Below, in pieces: positions 20,330-30,364 of a DNA stretch of 64,000 nucleotides. This DNA is from a bacterium (lineage in GTDB: Bacteria; RBG-13-61-14; DATKZS01): assembly GCA_963674965.2 (NCBI GenBank), contig CAXXFL010000006.1, forward strand, positions 128,001 to 192,000, given 5' to 3'. Position 1 is the stretch's first letter. Each line of letters begins with the position of its first letter. A program made the position numbers and the translations under genes. The notes under the pieces are model-generated. The model was not told the origin of the DNA and did no database searches. It saw only the letters and a program-made list of their open reading frames with translations.

Positions 20330-21476
20330 CCGGAATACCGGCGCCGGGCGGTCGGGTAAGTCTTCTCTGACCCGCCCTCTCCTCCTCGCGGGCCTGGGCC
20401 TTATCATGGCCGCGTCGTTCCATTGCCGCGACAAGGAGAAAACTTCCGCCGCGCCAAAACGGATCAAGGTGCAAAGGGGGCCGCTCGAGCTTTTCATCTC
20501 GGCCCCCGGACGCGTGGTCCCCCGCCGCCAGGTGACGATCAAGACCAGGGCCGCCGGCGAGGTCGCCGAAATACTCGTCAAGGCGGGAGACTCGGTTTCA
20601 ATGGGATCGATACTCCTTCGTCTCGATCCCGAGGCGGAGAAGGCAAGGCTGGCCAAAACCGAGGCCGAGTACAAGGCGGCCGAGGCCCTGGTCAGACAAG
20701 AGCGCGTGAAGCTGGCCCAGGAGCGGGACAACCTGAGCCGGGCCCAGTCTCTTTTTGATGACGGCCTTATAAGCCGGGCCGATTACGACGCGATAAGGCG
20801 AAGTCGCTCGCTGGCTCGGGACAACCTCGAGATAGCCCGAAGCCGCGAGGCGGCGACCGCTCGCGACCTTGACGAGGCTCGAGACCGCTTCTCCTATACC
20901 GAGGTCAAGTCTCCCTTGACCGGTATAGTCATCGGCCTCTCGGTCGAGAAAGGCCAGGTGGTGACCTCGGGCACCAGCGGCCTCGATTCCGGGACCCCCC
21001 TCATGACCGTGGCCGACCTTTCGTCTCTCTTGGTCGAGGCGTATATCGAGGAATCGGACGTGGCCGGCGTGAAAAGCGGCCAGGCGGCCCGCGTGACGGT
21101 GGACGCCTTCCCGGGCCTTCTTCTCGCGGGAGAGGTGAAAGAGGTCTCGCCCCAGGCTGAAAAGGACGGCTCGATTACGGTGGTGCGGGCGCTCATAGCC
21201 ATCAGGGACGACTGGCCCGATTCCCTCCGGCCCGGCATGAGCGCGTCCGTCGAGATCGTGACCCACGAGGTGGAGGACGCCCTGCTCGCTCCCGTTTCGG
21301 CCATACTCGAGAGAAGGGGCAAACCCGGGGCCGTGGTGATAAGGGACGGCGCCACCGCCTGGCGGGAGGTAACCCTGGGTCCGGGCGACTGGGAGAAGGT
21401 GACCATCGAGTCGGGACTGACGGCCGGAGACTATGTAACGCTTCCGCCCGAGGCTATCGGGCCTTATGGTTATTGA
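20322..21476 (+). CDS. Efflux periplasmic adaptor subunit (MacA/HlyD-like)
   Basis: GEVAEILVKAGDSV lipoyl half, coiled coil, VKSPLTGIV, VADLS, LRPGMSA, LLAPVSAI. Confidence 0.9.
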   Translation: MNDRNTGAGRSGKSSLTRPLLLAGLGLIMAASFHCRDKEKTSAAPKRIKVQRGPLELFISAPGRVVPRRQVTIKTRAAGEVAEILVKAGDSVSMGSILLRLDPEAEKARLAKTEAEYKAAEALVRQERVKLAQERDNLSRAQSLFDDGLISRADYDAIRRSRSLARDNLEIARSREAATARDLDEARDRFSYTEVKSPLTGIVIGLSVEKGQVVTSGTSGLDSGTPLMTVADLSSLLVEAYIEESDVAGVKSGQAARVTVDAFPGLLLAGEVKEVSPQAEKDGSITVVRALIAIRDDWPDSLRPGMSASVEIVTHEVEDALLAPVSAILERRGKPGAVVIRDGATAWREVTLGPGDWEKVTIESGLTAGDYVTLPPEAIGPYGY

Positions 21477-22468
21477 TGGCTATGGACTTCCATAATACAA
21501 AGGTCTTATCCGTGCCGCTGGATTCCATTGACGACTCGAGGCGGCTTTTCCGGACTTCCATGTGCCGGGATGAAAAGCCGCTTATAAGGTCGATCGAGAC
21601 GGCGGGGATACTGTGCCCGGTGATCGTGAGAACCCTCGGGAACTCGGACCGCCGAGAGCTTGTTCACGGACACCGCCGAGTCGCGGCCGCGCGGGAGTTG
21701 GGGCTTGCATCCATTCCCGCGGCGGAACTGACGGGCGAAGAGGCCGATGACTCCCGGGCTTTCGACCTGGCCTTCTGGGACAACTGCGTCACCAGGGGCT
21801 TCAACCTTGCCGAGGCCTCGATGGCGGTCCGTAGCCTGATCCTGATCCGGGGCAAGGACGATCAATCCATCATCAAGACATATCTGCCCGCCATGGGGTT
21901 CCAGCCCTCGAAAAAGGTGCTCGACAATCTGGCCGCGCTTATCGAGCTTTCCCCCGGATGGCTCGAATATTTTATCGAGCGGGGCGTGTCGCTTAAGGTT
22001 GCCGGACAGATACTTAAGCTCCCCGAGGATGACGCGGGGGCCCTGTTTATGCTGGTCCAGTCCATCCGGCCCAACCAGAACCATCTTCGCGAGCTGGTTC
22101 TCCTCCTGGCCGAGGTGGCGGCGCGGGAAAAGCTCTCGACGCGGGGATTGATCGAGACTAAAGAAATCTCGGACCTTGTGGACCCGTCATGGGCCGACGC
22201 GAGGGCCCGGCACGACGCGGTCATGTCGCATCTCCGGAAAAGGAGAAACCCCGAGCTTGCGAGGTTCGACACCGGGGCCCGAGAACTGGCCGATCGATCG
22301 GGCCTTCCCTCCTCGGTCAGCATGAATACCCCGGCCCTGACCGACAAGCCCGTTCTTCGCTTTTCCCTCGAGTTAGCCTCGACAAGCGACGCGGCGTCCG
22401 CGGCCAAGGCCCTTTCGGACGAGGACTTTCTCGCACGTCTTCAAGAGTTTCTCGACGAGTGGAGCTGA
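21476..22468 (+). CDS. ParB/Srx N-terminal domain protein
   Basis: LIRSIETAGILCPVIV and LVHGHRRVAAA (GxxRxxA nucleotide box); TGATG coupling at both ends. Confidence 0.8.
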   Translation: MAMDFHNTKVLSVPLDSIDDSRRLFRTSMCRDEKPLIRSIETAGILCPVIVRTLGNSDRRELVHGHRRVAAARELGLASIPAAELTGEEADDSRAFDLAFWDNCVTRGFNLAEASMAVRSLILIRGKDDQSIIKTYLPAMGFQPSKKVLDNLAALIELSPGWLEYFIERGVSLKVAGQILKLPEDDAGALFMLVQSIRPNQNHLRELVLLLAEVAAREKLSTRGLIETKEISDLVDPSWADARARHDAVMSHLRKRRNPELARFDTGARELADRSGLPSSVSMNTPALTDKPVLRFSLELASTSDAASAAKALSDEDFLARLQEFLDEWS

Positions 22469-23535
22469 TGATCGAGCGGGTGTACATCAGTGAGGAGGCC
22501 GCCGCCCTTGATCGGTCTCGAACGGTGGCTGATGCCTTCGAGGCCGCCGGGGCGAAAATATTCGAGGGCCGTCCGGACCCCTCCGAGCTGGAAGGACGGT
22601 CCCTTGGCAAGAAGGCCCTTACCCTCGAGGTCTTCAAGGGCCCGTTTTATAAGCCCTGCCCTTGCTCGCGAGGAGTCTTCGGCTGCGGCTATAAAATTAT
22701 TTCACCACTTATCGGCTGCCCTTTCGACTGCTCCTATTGCGTGCTGAGGGAATATCTTAACGCGCCCACCATCGTGGCCTACGTGAACTACGAGGACATG
22801 CTCCTACGGCTCGAGCGGGAATTAGCACGACGGGGACCCGGACTTATCCGGGTGGGCACGGGAGAGCTTGGCGACAGCCTGGGCCTCGAGCCCGAGCTTG
22901 GCGTGGCCCAGACCTTGGTCTCCTTTTTCGCCGACAAGAAAAACGCGCTGTTCGAGCTGAAGACCAAGAGCGACCGCGTGTCCTCCCTTTTAAAACTGGA
23001 TCACGGCGGCCGGACTGTCATAGGCTTTTCCATCGGTCCCTCCCTGGTCGCCGAGGAGGAGGAAACGGGGTCAGCCCCCTTGTCCAAAAGGATCGAGGCC
23101 GCGTCTCTCTCGGCCCGGTCGGGCTATAAGACGGCCTTCCATTTCGACCCGATCATTGACCTCGATCCCCTGGCCGAGCCCGAGGAGTCGGTCGCCCCCT
23201 ACCTGGAGCCGGTCCGGATGATTTACGAGAGCGTCCCGCCCTCCTCGATCGCATGGATCAGCCTCGGCGCCCTCCGTTTCAGCCGCGGCCTTTATAGCGC
23301 GATCCGGGAGAGGGTCCCCGGCGGAAGGCTGGCCATGGGAGAGTTTTATCCCGGCTTCGACGGCAAGGCGCGCTATACGAGAATAAGAAGAAGACGCATG
23401 CTGGCGGCCGCGGCCGGGATGATTCTCGAGCGCCACCGCGACGCGCCCCTCTACCTTTGCATGGAGGACGCGGAGATGGTCGAAAAAGTCCTGGGCCGCG
23501 CCAGGCTTCCCTTTGACCCTCTGAGGCAAGGATAA
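22468..23535 (+). CDS. Spore photoproduct lyase-like radical SAM protein
   Basis: GCPFDCSYC, YVNYED, GTGELGDS, ELKTKS, FHFDPI, YLCME; ATG at 22468 overlaps the ParB stop. Confidence 0.85.
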   Translation: MIERVYISEEAAALDRSRTVADAFEAAGAKIFEGRPDPSELEGRSLGKKALTLEVFKGPFYKPCPCSRGVFGCGYKIISPLIGCPFDCSYCVLREYLNAPTIVAYVNYEDMLLRLERELARRGPGLIRVGTGELGDSLGLEPELGVAQTLVSFFADKKNALFELKTKSDRVSSLLKLDHGGRTVIGFSIGPSLVAEEEETGSAPLSKRIEAASLSARSGYKTAFHFDPIIDLDPLAEPEESVAPYLEPVRMIYESVPPSSIAWISLGALRFSRGLYSAIRERVPGGRLAMGEFYPGFDGKARYTRIRRRRMLAAAAGMILERHRDAPLYLCMEDAEMVEKVLGRARLPFDPLRQG

Positions 23536-23811
23536 GTAGCTGGGGTGAACACTCGAGTTCCCGCCGCGTGGCCGTTCAGGTTTTTTGGCCCGTCCAGTTT
23601 CGCGGAAACCGCGCGGGTCCCGCGCGGCGGGATGGGTACAGGTTCCCGCATCTCTCGTGACCACGTCTTTTCACCGTTCTCCTTCATACGTATCCCACGA
23701 AAAAATCGAGATGGGGGCCGAAAATGTCCGAATGGGCCAACTCGGCCGAGGCCGGCGACGTAGGCAGGCCAAAGGTTGACGATTAAGGCGGGCGGAGAAG
23801 GGGTTGTCGAG

Positions 23812-24273
23812 CTAACTCGGGGCCGCGAGTTCGAGGATGTTAAGCCTCGCCGACAGAGGTAACGGAAACGAAGGATGGCCCTCGGCCAGGCGCGCTTTCA
23901 GACGGCGGGAGCCGCTCGCCACCCGGCCGGGCAAGTTGATCAGGTGGAAGCGGACGGCCTTCATCCGCCGGCGCCGAAAGCCTTGGCCGAGCGCCAGGCC
24001 CTTCATGGCCGCGTTAAGGTTGTAGGCCAGGATCATGAACATCCACCAGGCCGCGTTCTCGCCGAAATCGCCGGAGGGGAGTTTGCCCCCGGCCAGGTCG
24101 CCTTTCATCACCGAGCGCGCCTGCTCGCCTCGAGCGCCAACGTGACGGTCGAGAGACTCGCGAAGGCCGAACGCCTCGAAAAGATCAAGGTAGACCGGAA
24201 GCCCCGCATGGGAAGTCGAGCCCTCGTCAACTTTTGCCTACTCGTAATGGAAAGGAAGAACGCCTTGTGTCAT
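23812..24273 (-). mobile_element. Internally deleted IS1380-family transposase remnant
   Basis: N-terminus MTQGVLPFHYE*...TSHAGLPVYLDL is joined in frame to C-terminal SVMKGDLAGGKLPSGDFGENAAWW...LAYNL...RFHLINLPGRV; premature TAG; only 154 codons. Confidence 0.8.
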
Positions 24274-24413
24274 AATGGTTTCACCTCCTTAGTGATGGTT
24301 ATTGTGATTGATAACATTATAACGTCCCGTTCTCACGGGACTAACGAGGTTTTTTATTTTTTAGGCGGTGGGTTAGGGGGAAAAGTAACGATTATTATTG
24401 GAATAGGGACCGA

Positions 24414-24845
24414 TCAGACGTCTATGGCCGTCGGCATGCCCTCGCAGGTCACCTCGATGACCGTCTCCCCGCCGGGGTTCACGCCGGTGGTCACGTAAAC
24501 TATCCGGCCGCCCCCCCTGTCCACCTCCGTTACGCGAGCGGTAAAGGTGATCTCCTCCCCCACGTAGACGGGCCTAAGAAATCTCGCGTTGGCGCCAAGG
24601 GCGAGGATGGCGGGACCGGGGAAGAAATCCCCTCCAAAGTGAGTGAAAGCCGAGGCCACCAGCATGCCGTGCACGATGGGCTTTTTGAATCTGCCCTTTT
24701 CGGCGAAACCCGGATGCAGGTGGTAGGGGTTATGGTCCCAGGTCAGGTCGGCGAAGGCCTTGACCTCATCGGCCGTGAATATCCTGGTAAAGACGGCCTC
24801 CTGGCCGACCTCGATCTCGTCTATCGATCGTCCTATAACGGTCAT
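24414..24845 (-). CDS. MaoC-family dehydratase / enoyl-CoA hydratase
   Basis: FADLTWDHNPYH, PIVHGML, FLRPVYVGE. Confidence 0.9.
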   Translation of the reverse strand: MTVIGRSIDEIEVGQEAVFTRIFTADEVKAFADLTWDHNPYHLHPGFAEKGRFKKPIVHGMLVASAFTHFGGDFFPGPAILALGANARFLRPVYVGEEITFTARVTEVDRGGGRIVYVTTGVNPGGETVIEVTCEGMPTAIDV

Positions 24846-24878
24846 TTTACCAGTTCGCCCGGCGGGCCATGACGAGCA

Positions 24879-25322
24879 TTATTCAACCTCGCCAAAACGG
24901 ACCGAGCGAGGACCGGCCAGAAGGTAATAAACGAACAGGACCGTGAAAAGAGAGTCTCCCGAGGCCGCGAAAACGGCGAACCAGGTGGCCTTGCCGATAT
25001 GGAAAAGATAGAACCAGTTCACGGCCACCACCGTCTTGCCGATGATCCCCATCACGATTATGCCCCATTGCCTGGCCGGATCCAGGGCGATGATCAAGTA
25101 GCCGATCCCAAAGAAAAGCACGGCCCACCAAAGGCCGCGATTGAGAAATAAAGTCATGTAATCGGCGCCGGCCAAGCCGTAGAAAAGCCTCAAGTTTATC
25201 TCGGGAAAAATTATCGCCGGTATCGAGCCCAGAAGGTTCCACAGAGCGGCCACGAGAAAGAAACGCCGCCAACCCTCATACGACCATTGGGCCGGGTTCG
25301 GGTTTTTGCCATTCGATTCCAT
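24879..25322 (-). CDS. Hypothetical 4-TM membrane protein
   Basis: Four hydrophobic segments; same orientation as MaoC. Confidence 0.7.
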   Translation of the reverse strand: MESNGKNPNPAQWSYEGWRRFFLVAALWNLLGSIPAIIFPEINLRLFYGLAGADYMTLFLNRGLWWAVLFFGIGYLIIALDPARQWGIIVMGIIGKTVVAVNWFYLFHIGKATWFAVFAASGDSLFTVLFVYYLLAGPRSVRFGEVE

Positions 25323-25386
25323 GGGGAGTATCTTATATCAACGCGATCGCCGAATCAAAGCCCGGTGATCGGACCGGAGAGTAATC

Positions 25387-26178
25387 ATGAAAGCAATTTT
25401 TAAGGTCGTTCTTCTCTTCGTCGTAGTGATAATGGCCTTGCCCGCGGCTTCTTACGCCCTTCCACAGGGCGACCTTCTCGACGGCGTCGCTCCCGGAACG
25501 GACGGCATGATCGACGTGGTGACCGTTTTCGCCCACCCCGACGACGAGGTCGTCTACGGCGGCGGAACGCTTATCAAGCTCAGCCGCGACCCTCGCGTGA
25601 GGATTCACGTGGTTTGCCTCACCTTGGGCGACATGAGCGAGGCCAAGGACAGGCTTAAGATAACGCCCGAGCTACTCGGCCGGATTCGGACTCAAGAGCT
25701 CGAGACGGCGGCCTCGGTGTACGGCGCGGCTGACGTGGTCCAACTCGGCTATCGCGACCAGGGACTCGAGTCCGCCGACCCGAGGGAACTCGCCTCCAGG
25801 ATCGAAGAACAACTGGATGAATTCGGCGCCGAAATCGTGATCACCCACGACCCTCTCGGGATTACCGGCCACCCGGACCACGTCGCGTGCAGCGCGGCGG
25901 CGAAAGAGGCCTTTTCCTCGAGCCGGGCGCGAAGACTCTATTACGTCACCTATCCGAGGCGCCTTTACTGGTTTACTCCCATCCTGGCCTCGGGCGGCAA
26001 AAGGCCGGACCCGGAGTATCCCCGGTTCAAGGTCAACGTGGCCAAGGAACGCAAACTTAAAAAAATGGCCATGTACGCCCATGCCAGCCAGAAGCATTTC
26101 TCCGGGGTGGGCGCGGCCATGACCGTAACGGCCGCCTTCAGGTGGGAATGGTTCGCCCTGGCCGAGGAAAAGGATTGA
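25387..26178 (+). CDS. PIG-L family deacetylase, signal peptide-bearing
   Basis: AHPDDE, LTLGD, R..E, GHPDH, AHASQ. Confidence 0.9.
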   Translation: MKAIFKVVLLFVVVIMALPAASYALPQGDLLDGVAPGTDGMIDVVTVFAHPDDEVVYGGGTLIKLSRDPRVRIHVVCLTLGDMSEAKDRLKITPELLGRIRTQELETAASVYGAADVVQLGYRDQGLESADPRELASRIEEQLDEFGAEIVITHDPLGITGHPDHVACSAAAKEAFSSSRARRLYYVTYPRRLYWFTPILASGGKRPDPEYPRFKVNVAKERKLKKMAMYAHASQKHFSGVGAAMTVTAAFRWEWFALAEEKD

Positions 26179-26331
26179 ACCTTTTTCACCAAGAGGGGCC
26201 GGCGGACATACTTTTGACCGATTTTGATGAAGTTGAATTCCGGGGCCGAGTCATACCAGAGAGGACCAAAAGGCACGAGCCGAGTCGTTCCCATTGTATT
26301 TAATCCAGAATAACCGTATATTGTCCTTGTA

Positions 26332-26518
26332 GGAGCTTCTTGCAAAAGTCCTTTTCTTTGCGGCATAGCCGCTTTGGAGTGCGGTCGCTTGAGACCGCTT
26401 TCGAGGGCCTTGGCTTGACAAGGCCTATTATTACACCGGCTTGCCTCGCGTCAAGCCGCTCGGAAGAAAAGCGGCGTCGAGTGCCGCACTCCAAAGCGGG
26501 AATTTTGCAAGAGGCTCT
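26332..26518. repeat. MITE/REP-like nested palindrome
   Basis: Outer inverted repeat GGAGCTTCTTGCAAAAGTCC / GGAATTTTGCAAGAGGCTCT (17/20), inner perfect 15-bp CGCTTTGGAGTGCGG / CCGCACTCCAAAGCG; GTA on both flanks. Confidence 0.7.
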
Positions 26519-26539
26519 GTAGAATTTTGTTTTTAATCA

Positions 26540-28414
26540 TTGCAAACGGATAAGAAATTGGACCTGGCCTGGAAATACTACCTTAAAGCCCTGGGAAGCA
26601 TCGTCCTGGTTGGAATTCTTCAAATACTGGGCATGCTTTATTACGCCAAACTGGTCATGAACCTGTCGGCCGACGACTTCTCGGAACTCTCCCTGAATCT
26701 GGTGGCGATAGTCATCCTGTTACTGCTCGTTTTCGTCGCTATCTGTCTTTATATTTTCAGGGACCTTATCAGGTTTCTCCGCGCCCTTCCGGAGGAATCT
26801 TCATATTCCGACGAGGAACTTCTTGGTCTGCAGAAAAAACTCGTAAACCTGGGCTACTGGATAGCGGGCGTCTCCTTTCTATTCTATCTTCTCTCCACTC
26901 CGATCATAGTGCAGATATTTTCCGCGCGGGTATCCGAGTGGACGCCGGTCCAGATATCTTACGGCGTCGCCGGGGGATTCATCGCCGGCCTGTTGAACGT
27001 TCCCCTGGCTTTGCTGATCACGAACATGATCGCGAAGCCCGTTCTTTACCGCGCCTTCGAGTTTTCGAGCACCCTGCCCCGGGCGGCGCGGGTGGGCCTG
27101 AGGATGAGCGTCCGGACGAAGCTTATAATCTCCATGTTCATCCTGATCCTGACATCTCTTCTTTACACGTCCATCGTCAGCTACTCGAGGTCGCGGGAGA
27201 TACTCGAGTCGGGCAAGTCCATCGAGTCCGAGTTGTTAAGGCTGGGCGGAGCGGTCAAGGAGGGCGCGAAAAACGAGGACGGCTTCCAGGTCCACTCGAT
27301 GGAATACTTCGAGTCCAAGACGGGAAGCATGCTCGCCTTCCATGGCATAGTTATCGCCGTCTGCGCCGTTCTCGGCCTCATCATCGCCTACATGTCGGCC
27401 GAGGAGATAACCAGGCCCGTCCGGGAACTGGCGGCCAAGACCGAGGGCATAATCCATGGCGACCTGGACCAGGAGATCATGCTGGTCGGCAACGACGAGT
27501 TGGCCAAGCTGGGCGCGGTGTACAACTTGATGCTGAACCGGATCAAGGACCAGGTCTACTCGGTCGAGGTCCTACGCGAGAGCATCACCCAGGCCATCCA
27601 CCAGTTGAACCAGACCTCCAAGCTCATCCTCGAGGTCTCCAAGGAACAATCCACCGGCGCCACCGAGCAGGCCGCCGCCATGCAACAGACCTCATCCATC
27701 TCCGCCGAGATCGTGGCCACGGCCAAGCAAATCGCCGAGCGGGCCAGGCACATGGACGAGGCCGCCGGCTCGACCCTCGGGGCCTGCAAGGACGGGAACT
27801 CCAGACTGGACGGGGCCGTCGGCGGCTACGAGAACGTGCGCTCCCAAATGCTGGCCCTTTCCGTTTTTCTGAAGGGACTTTCCGAGCGCTACCAGGAGAT
27901 GTTCAAGGTCGTGGACATGATCGAGTACATCGTCGAGCAGACCGAGCTGTTGGCCCTTAACGCGTCCCTCGAGGCCGCCGGCGCGGGAGAGGCGGGCAGG
28001 CGCTTCGAGATAGTGGCGTCCGCCACCAGGCGCCTGGCCGCCCGCACGGGGGAGGCCGCCTCCGACATCAGGTCCATCATCGAGTCCATCAAGGTGGACA
28101 CGGATCGGGCCTCGGTCATGGCCGGCGAGGGCGAGCAGGTGGTGGACCAGGGAAGAGGACTCATCAACCAGGTGATCGTAGCCCTGGACGATATCTCAAA
28201 CAAGGCCAGGGACACCTCGACCACGGTGACCGAGATAACCATGAGCACCCGGCAGCAGACCACCGCCAGCGAGCAGATGGCGGCCTCGGTGGGAGAGGTC
28301 AGCGAGGTGGCCGAAAAGATGCTCGAGGGCGCCAGGGAAATCGAGGCATCCATCGCCCAGCTTAACGCCCTGACCGTCGAGCTGACCAGGATGGTCGACG
28401 AAAGATGGGATTGA
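26540..28414 (+). CDS. Methyl-accepting chemotaxis protein
   Basis: Multiple TMs, HAMP domain (ITRPVREL...NDELAKL), signalling tip [28 protein letters not shown]. Confidence 0.92.
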   Translation: MQTDKKLDLAWKYYLKALGSIVLVGILQILGMLYYAKLVMNLSADDFSELSLNLVAIVILLLLVFVAICLYIFRDLIRFLRALPEESSYSDEELLGLQKKLVNLGYWIAGVSFLFYLLSTPIIVQIFSARVSEWTPVQISYGVAGGFIAGLLNVPLALLITNMIAKPVLYRAFEFSSTLPRAARVGLRMSVRTKLIISMFILILTSLLYTSIVSYSRSREILESGKSIESELLRLGGAVKEGAKNEDGFQVHSMEYFESKTGSMLAFHGIVIAVCAVLGLIIAYMSAEEITRPVRELAAKTEGIIHGDLDQEIMLVGNDELAKLGAVYNLMLNRIKDQVYSVEVLRESITQAIHQLNQTSKLILEVSKEQSTGATEQAAAMQQTSSISAEIVATAKQIAERARHMDEAAGSTLGACKDGNSRLDGAVGGYENVRSQMLALSVFLKGLSERYQEMFKVVDMIEYIVEQTELLALNASLEAAGAGEAGRRFEIVASATRRLAARTGEAASDIRSIIESIKVDTDRASVMAGEGEQVVDQGRGLINQVIVALDDISNKARDTSTTVTEITMSTRQQTTASEQMAASVGEVSEVAEKMLEGAREIEASIAQLNALTVELTRMVDERWD

Positions 28415-28469
28415 GCGCCTTCATCCACTCCGCCCCCCTTCTCCCCTTCGGATTTATCAGAGGCCGTCA

Positions 28470-28979
28470 TTGAGGATAGCCGACTCGATGGATCCGGACC
28501 GGATGGAAATCCGGGCGCAAAGGCAAGGCTGTCAGACCCTTTCGGGATTGCCCCTCCTGGTGGGAGGCGTCTTTATCCTCGCCGCCTCCATCGGGGTCCT
28601 CCGCGTGGAGGTCATGCCTCCCAAGTGGGCCGCCCTGCCCTTCGGCGCCATGGCCGCCGCGGCCGGCTACGTCATCGCCTTCGGCTCCCGTACCGTCACC
28701 ATAAATCGCGCCGACTTTCTTGTCTCGTCCTGGTGGGGGGCCGCTTTTCCCCTCCGGATCAAGTACGACTCCCTCGAGGACTTCAGCGAGGTGGCGGTGG
28801 AGAAGCTTGCCGACCCGCGAGAGTCCAATATCGTCACCTTTTATTTAAACCTTGAAGGCAAAGGCGAAGACGGCGACCCGGCCGTTCTGGAACTGGGCGA
28901 AACCATGAACGAGACCGAGGCCGAGCGAGTGGCCGAGGAAATAGCCGAGTTCCTCGGCTTCCCTGTCCGCTATCGGTAA
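28470..28979 (+). CDS. Hypothetical membrane protein
   Basis: Two TMs plus a soluble C-terminal domain ending AEEIAEFLGFP. Confidence 0.65.
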   Translation: MRIADSMDPDRMEIRAQRQGCQTLSGLPLLVGGVFILAASIGVLRVEVMPPKWAALPFGAMAAAAGYVIAFGSRTVTINRADFLVSSWWGAAFPLRIKYDSLEDFSEVAVEKLADPRESNIVTFYLNLEGKGEDGDPAVLELGETMNETEAERVAEEIAEFLGFPVRYR

Positions 28980-29226
28980 GCTCCCGCCCGGGCGCGGCTT
29001 GAATCAAAGCCCCTTAGAGATTATCATAATGGCAAGTTATTTTATGACGGATCTTGTCTCATAACGCTTTCGAGCGGTCCTTTTCCGGGCGCCAAGCCGG
29101 GGACAATACACGATTGTCCCGACGGTTGACGGCGTTTTCCGGGTCCCGTATCTCTTCAGATATTATCGGTATCGCGTCCCGCCCGCCTCCATGGCAGGCC
29201 GGATCGCTTGTTCGACGGAGTAAATT

Positions 29227-30309
29227 ATGAGCGGATCGAGAATCATTGGATGGAATGAAAGGCTGGAGATGGATTTCATGTCCATTTCCAACGACAACGT
29301 CGAGCCGGGCAGGATAGTCTCGGCCGACCGAGGCAAATACCTCGTCCTGACGGAAGGCGGGACGTTTCAAGCCGCTCCGGCGGGAAAGCTTCTTCACGAG
29401 GCGGCAAGCTCCCTGGACATGCCGGCGGTGGGCGACTGGGCGGCCATAAGACGCGAGGCGGACAAGGCGGTCATCGAGCGCGTAATGCCCCGGACCTCCT
29501 GCTTCACGCGCAAGACCTCGGGCCGCGATTACGAGACCCAGGTGATAGCCGCGAACCTGGACAAGGTCTTCATCGTCACCGCCGCGGGCAGAGACCTGAA
29601 TCCCAGGAGGATTCAAAGATATTTGGCGTCCTCCTACAGCGCGGGCGCGAATCCGGTCGTGGTTATAAACAAGCGGGACTTGGCGCCCAATCCCGAGGAG
29701 ATCATAAAGGAGCTTGACGACGCGTATATCTCCGCGCCCATCATCATGACCAGCACCATCACGGAGGACGGCCTGGAAGAGATGACTCCGCATTTGACTC
29801 CGGGCGAGACGGTGGCCCTGGTCGGCTCCTCGGGCGTGGGCAAATCGAGCATCGTCAATCTTCTGCTTGGACGGGACAGACAGTCCACCAAGTCGGTGAG
29901 AGAGTCGGACCAGAAGGGACGCCACTCGACCACGCGCCGCGAGCTTATCGTCGCGCCCGGGGGTTTTTGCGTCATCGACACGCCGGGCATGAGGGAGTTC
30001 GGTCTTATCGGGATGGAGGACGGCCTGGAGGAGGTCTTTTCCGAGATAGCGGAATTGGCCGCGAGATGCAGGTTCCGCGATTGCTCTCACCGCGAGGAGC
30101 CGGGGTGCGCCGTTGTCCGCGCCGTGGAAAGCGGCCTGTTGCCCCGGACGAGGCTTGAAAGCTACCTCAGGTTGCGGGCCGAGTTGGAGCGAAGCGCCGA
30201 GATGACCATGGAACGCGACGGCAAGAATACGAAAAGATGGAAGCAGATCAGCAAGGAAGTGAAGAGGATGCGCAAGATGAACAAGAAGCTTGGTCTCAAG
30301 CATGATTGA
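29227..30309 (+). CDS. rsgA: Ribosome small subunit-dependent GTPase A
   Basis: PAVGDW, NKRD, GSSGVGKS, GRHSTT, DTPGMRE, CRFRDCSHREEPGC. Confidence 0.95.
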   Translation: MSGSRIIGWNERLEMDFMSISNDNVEPGRIVSADRGKYLVLTEGGTFQAAPAGKLLHEAASSLDMPAVGDWAAIRREADKAVIERVMPRTSCFTRKTSGRDYETQVIAANLDKVFIVTAAGRDLNPRRIQRYLASSYSAGANPVVVINKRDLAPNPEEIIKELDDAYISAPIIMTSTITEDGLEEMTPHLTPGETVALVGSSGVGKSSIVNLLLGRDRQSTKSVRESDQKGRHSTTRRELIVAPGGFCVIDTPGMREFGLIGMEDGLEEVFSEIAELAARCRFRDCSHREEPGCAVVRAVESGLLPRTRLESYLRLRAELERSAEMTMERDGKNTKRWKQISKEVKRMRKMNKKLGLKHD

Positions 30310-30311
30310 CG

Positions 30312-30347
30312 AAAGGCCGAGCCCGTTTGGGCTCGGCCTTTTATTTT
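30312..30347. terminator. Bidirectional intrinsic terminator between rsgA and proX
   Basis: AAAGGCCGAGCCC-GTTT-GGGCTCGGCCTTT followed by a T-rich tail, between convergent genes. Confidence 0.85.
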
Positions 30348-30364
30348 ACAAGCGCGTTATATCT

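Noticed and set aside
22189-22467. N-terminal extension of the SPL-like ORF (likewise 7637-7720, 39978-40058, 52853-53140)
   Set aside because: These extensions overlap upstream genes or lack an RBS; coupled or RBS-supported downstream starts are better.
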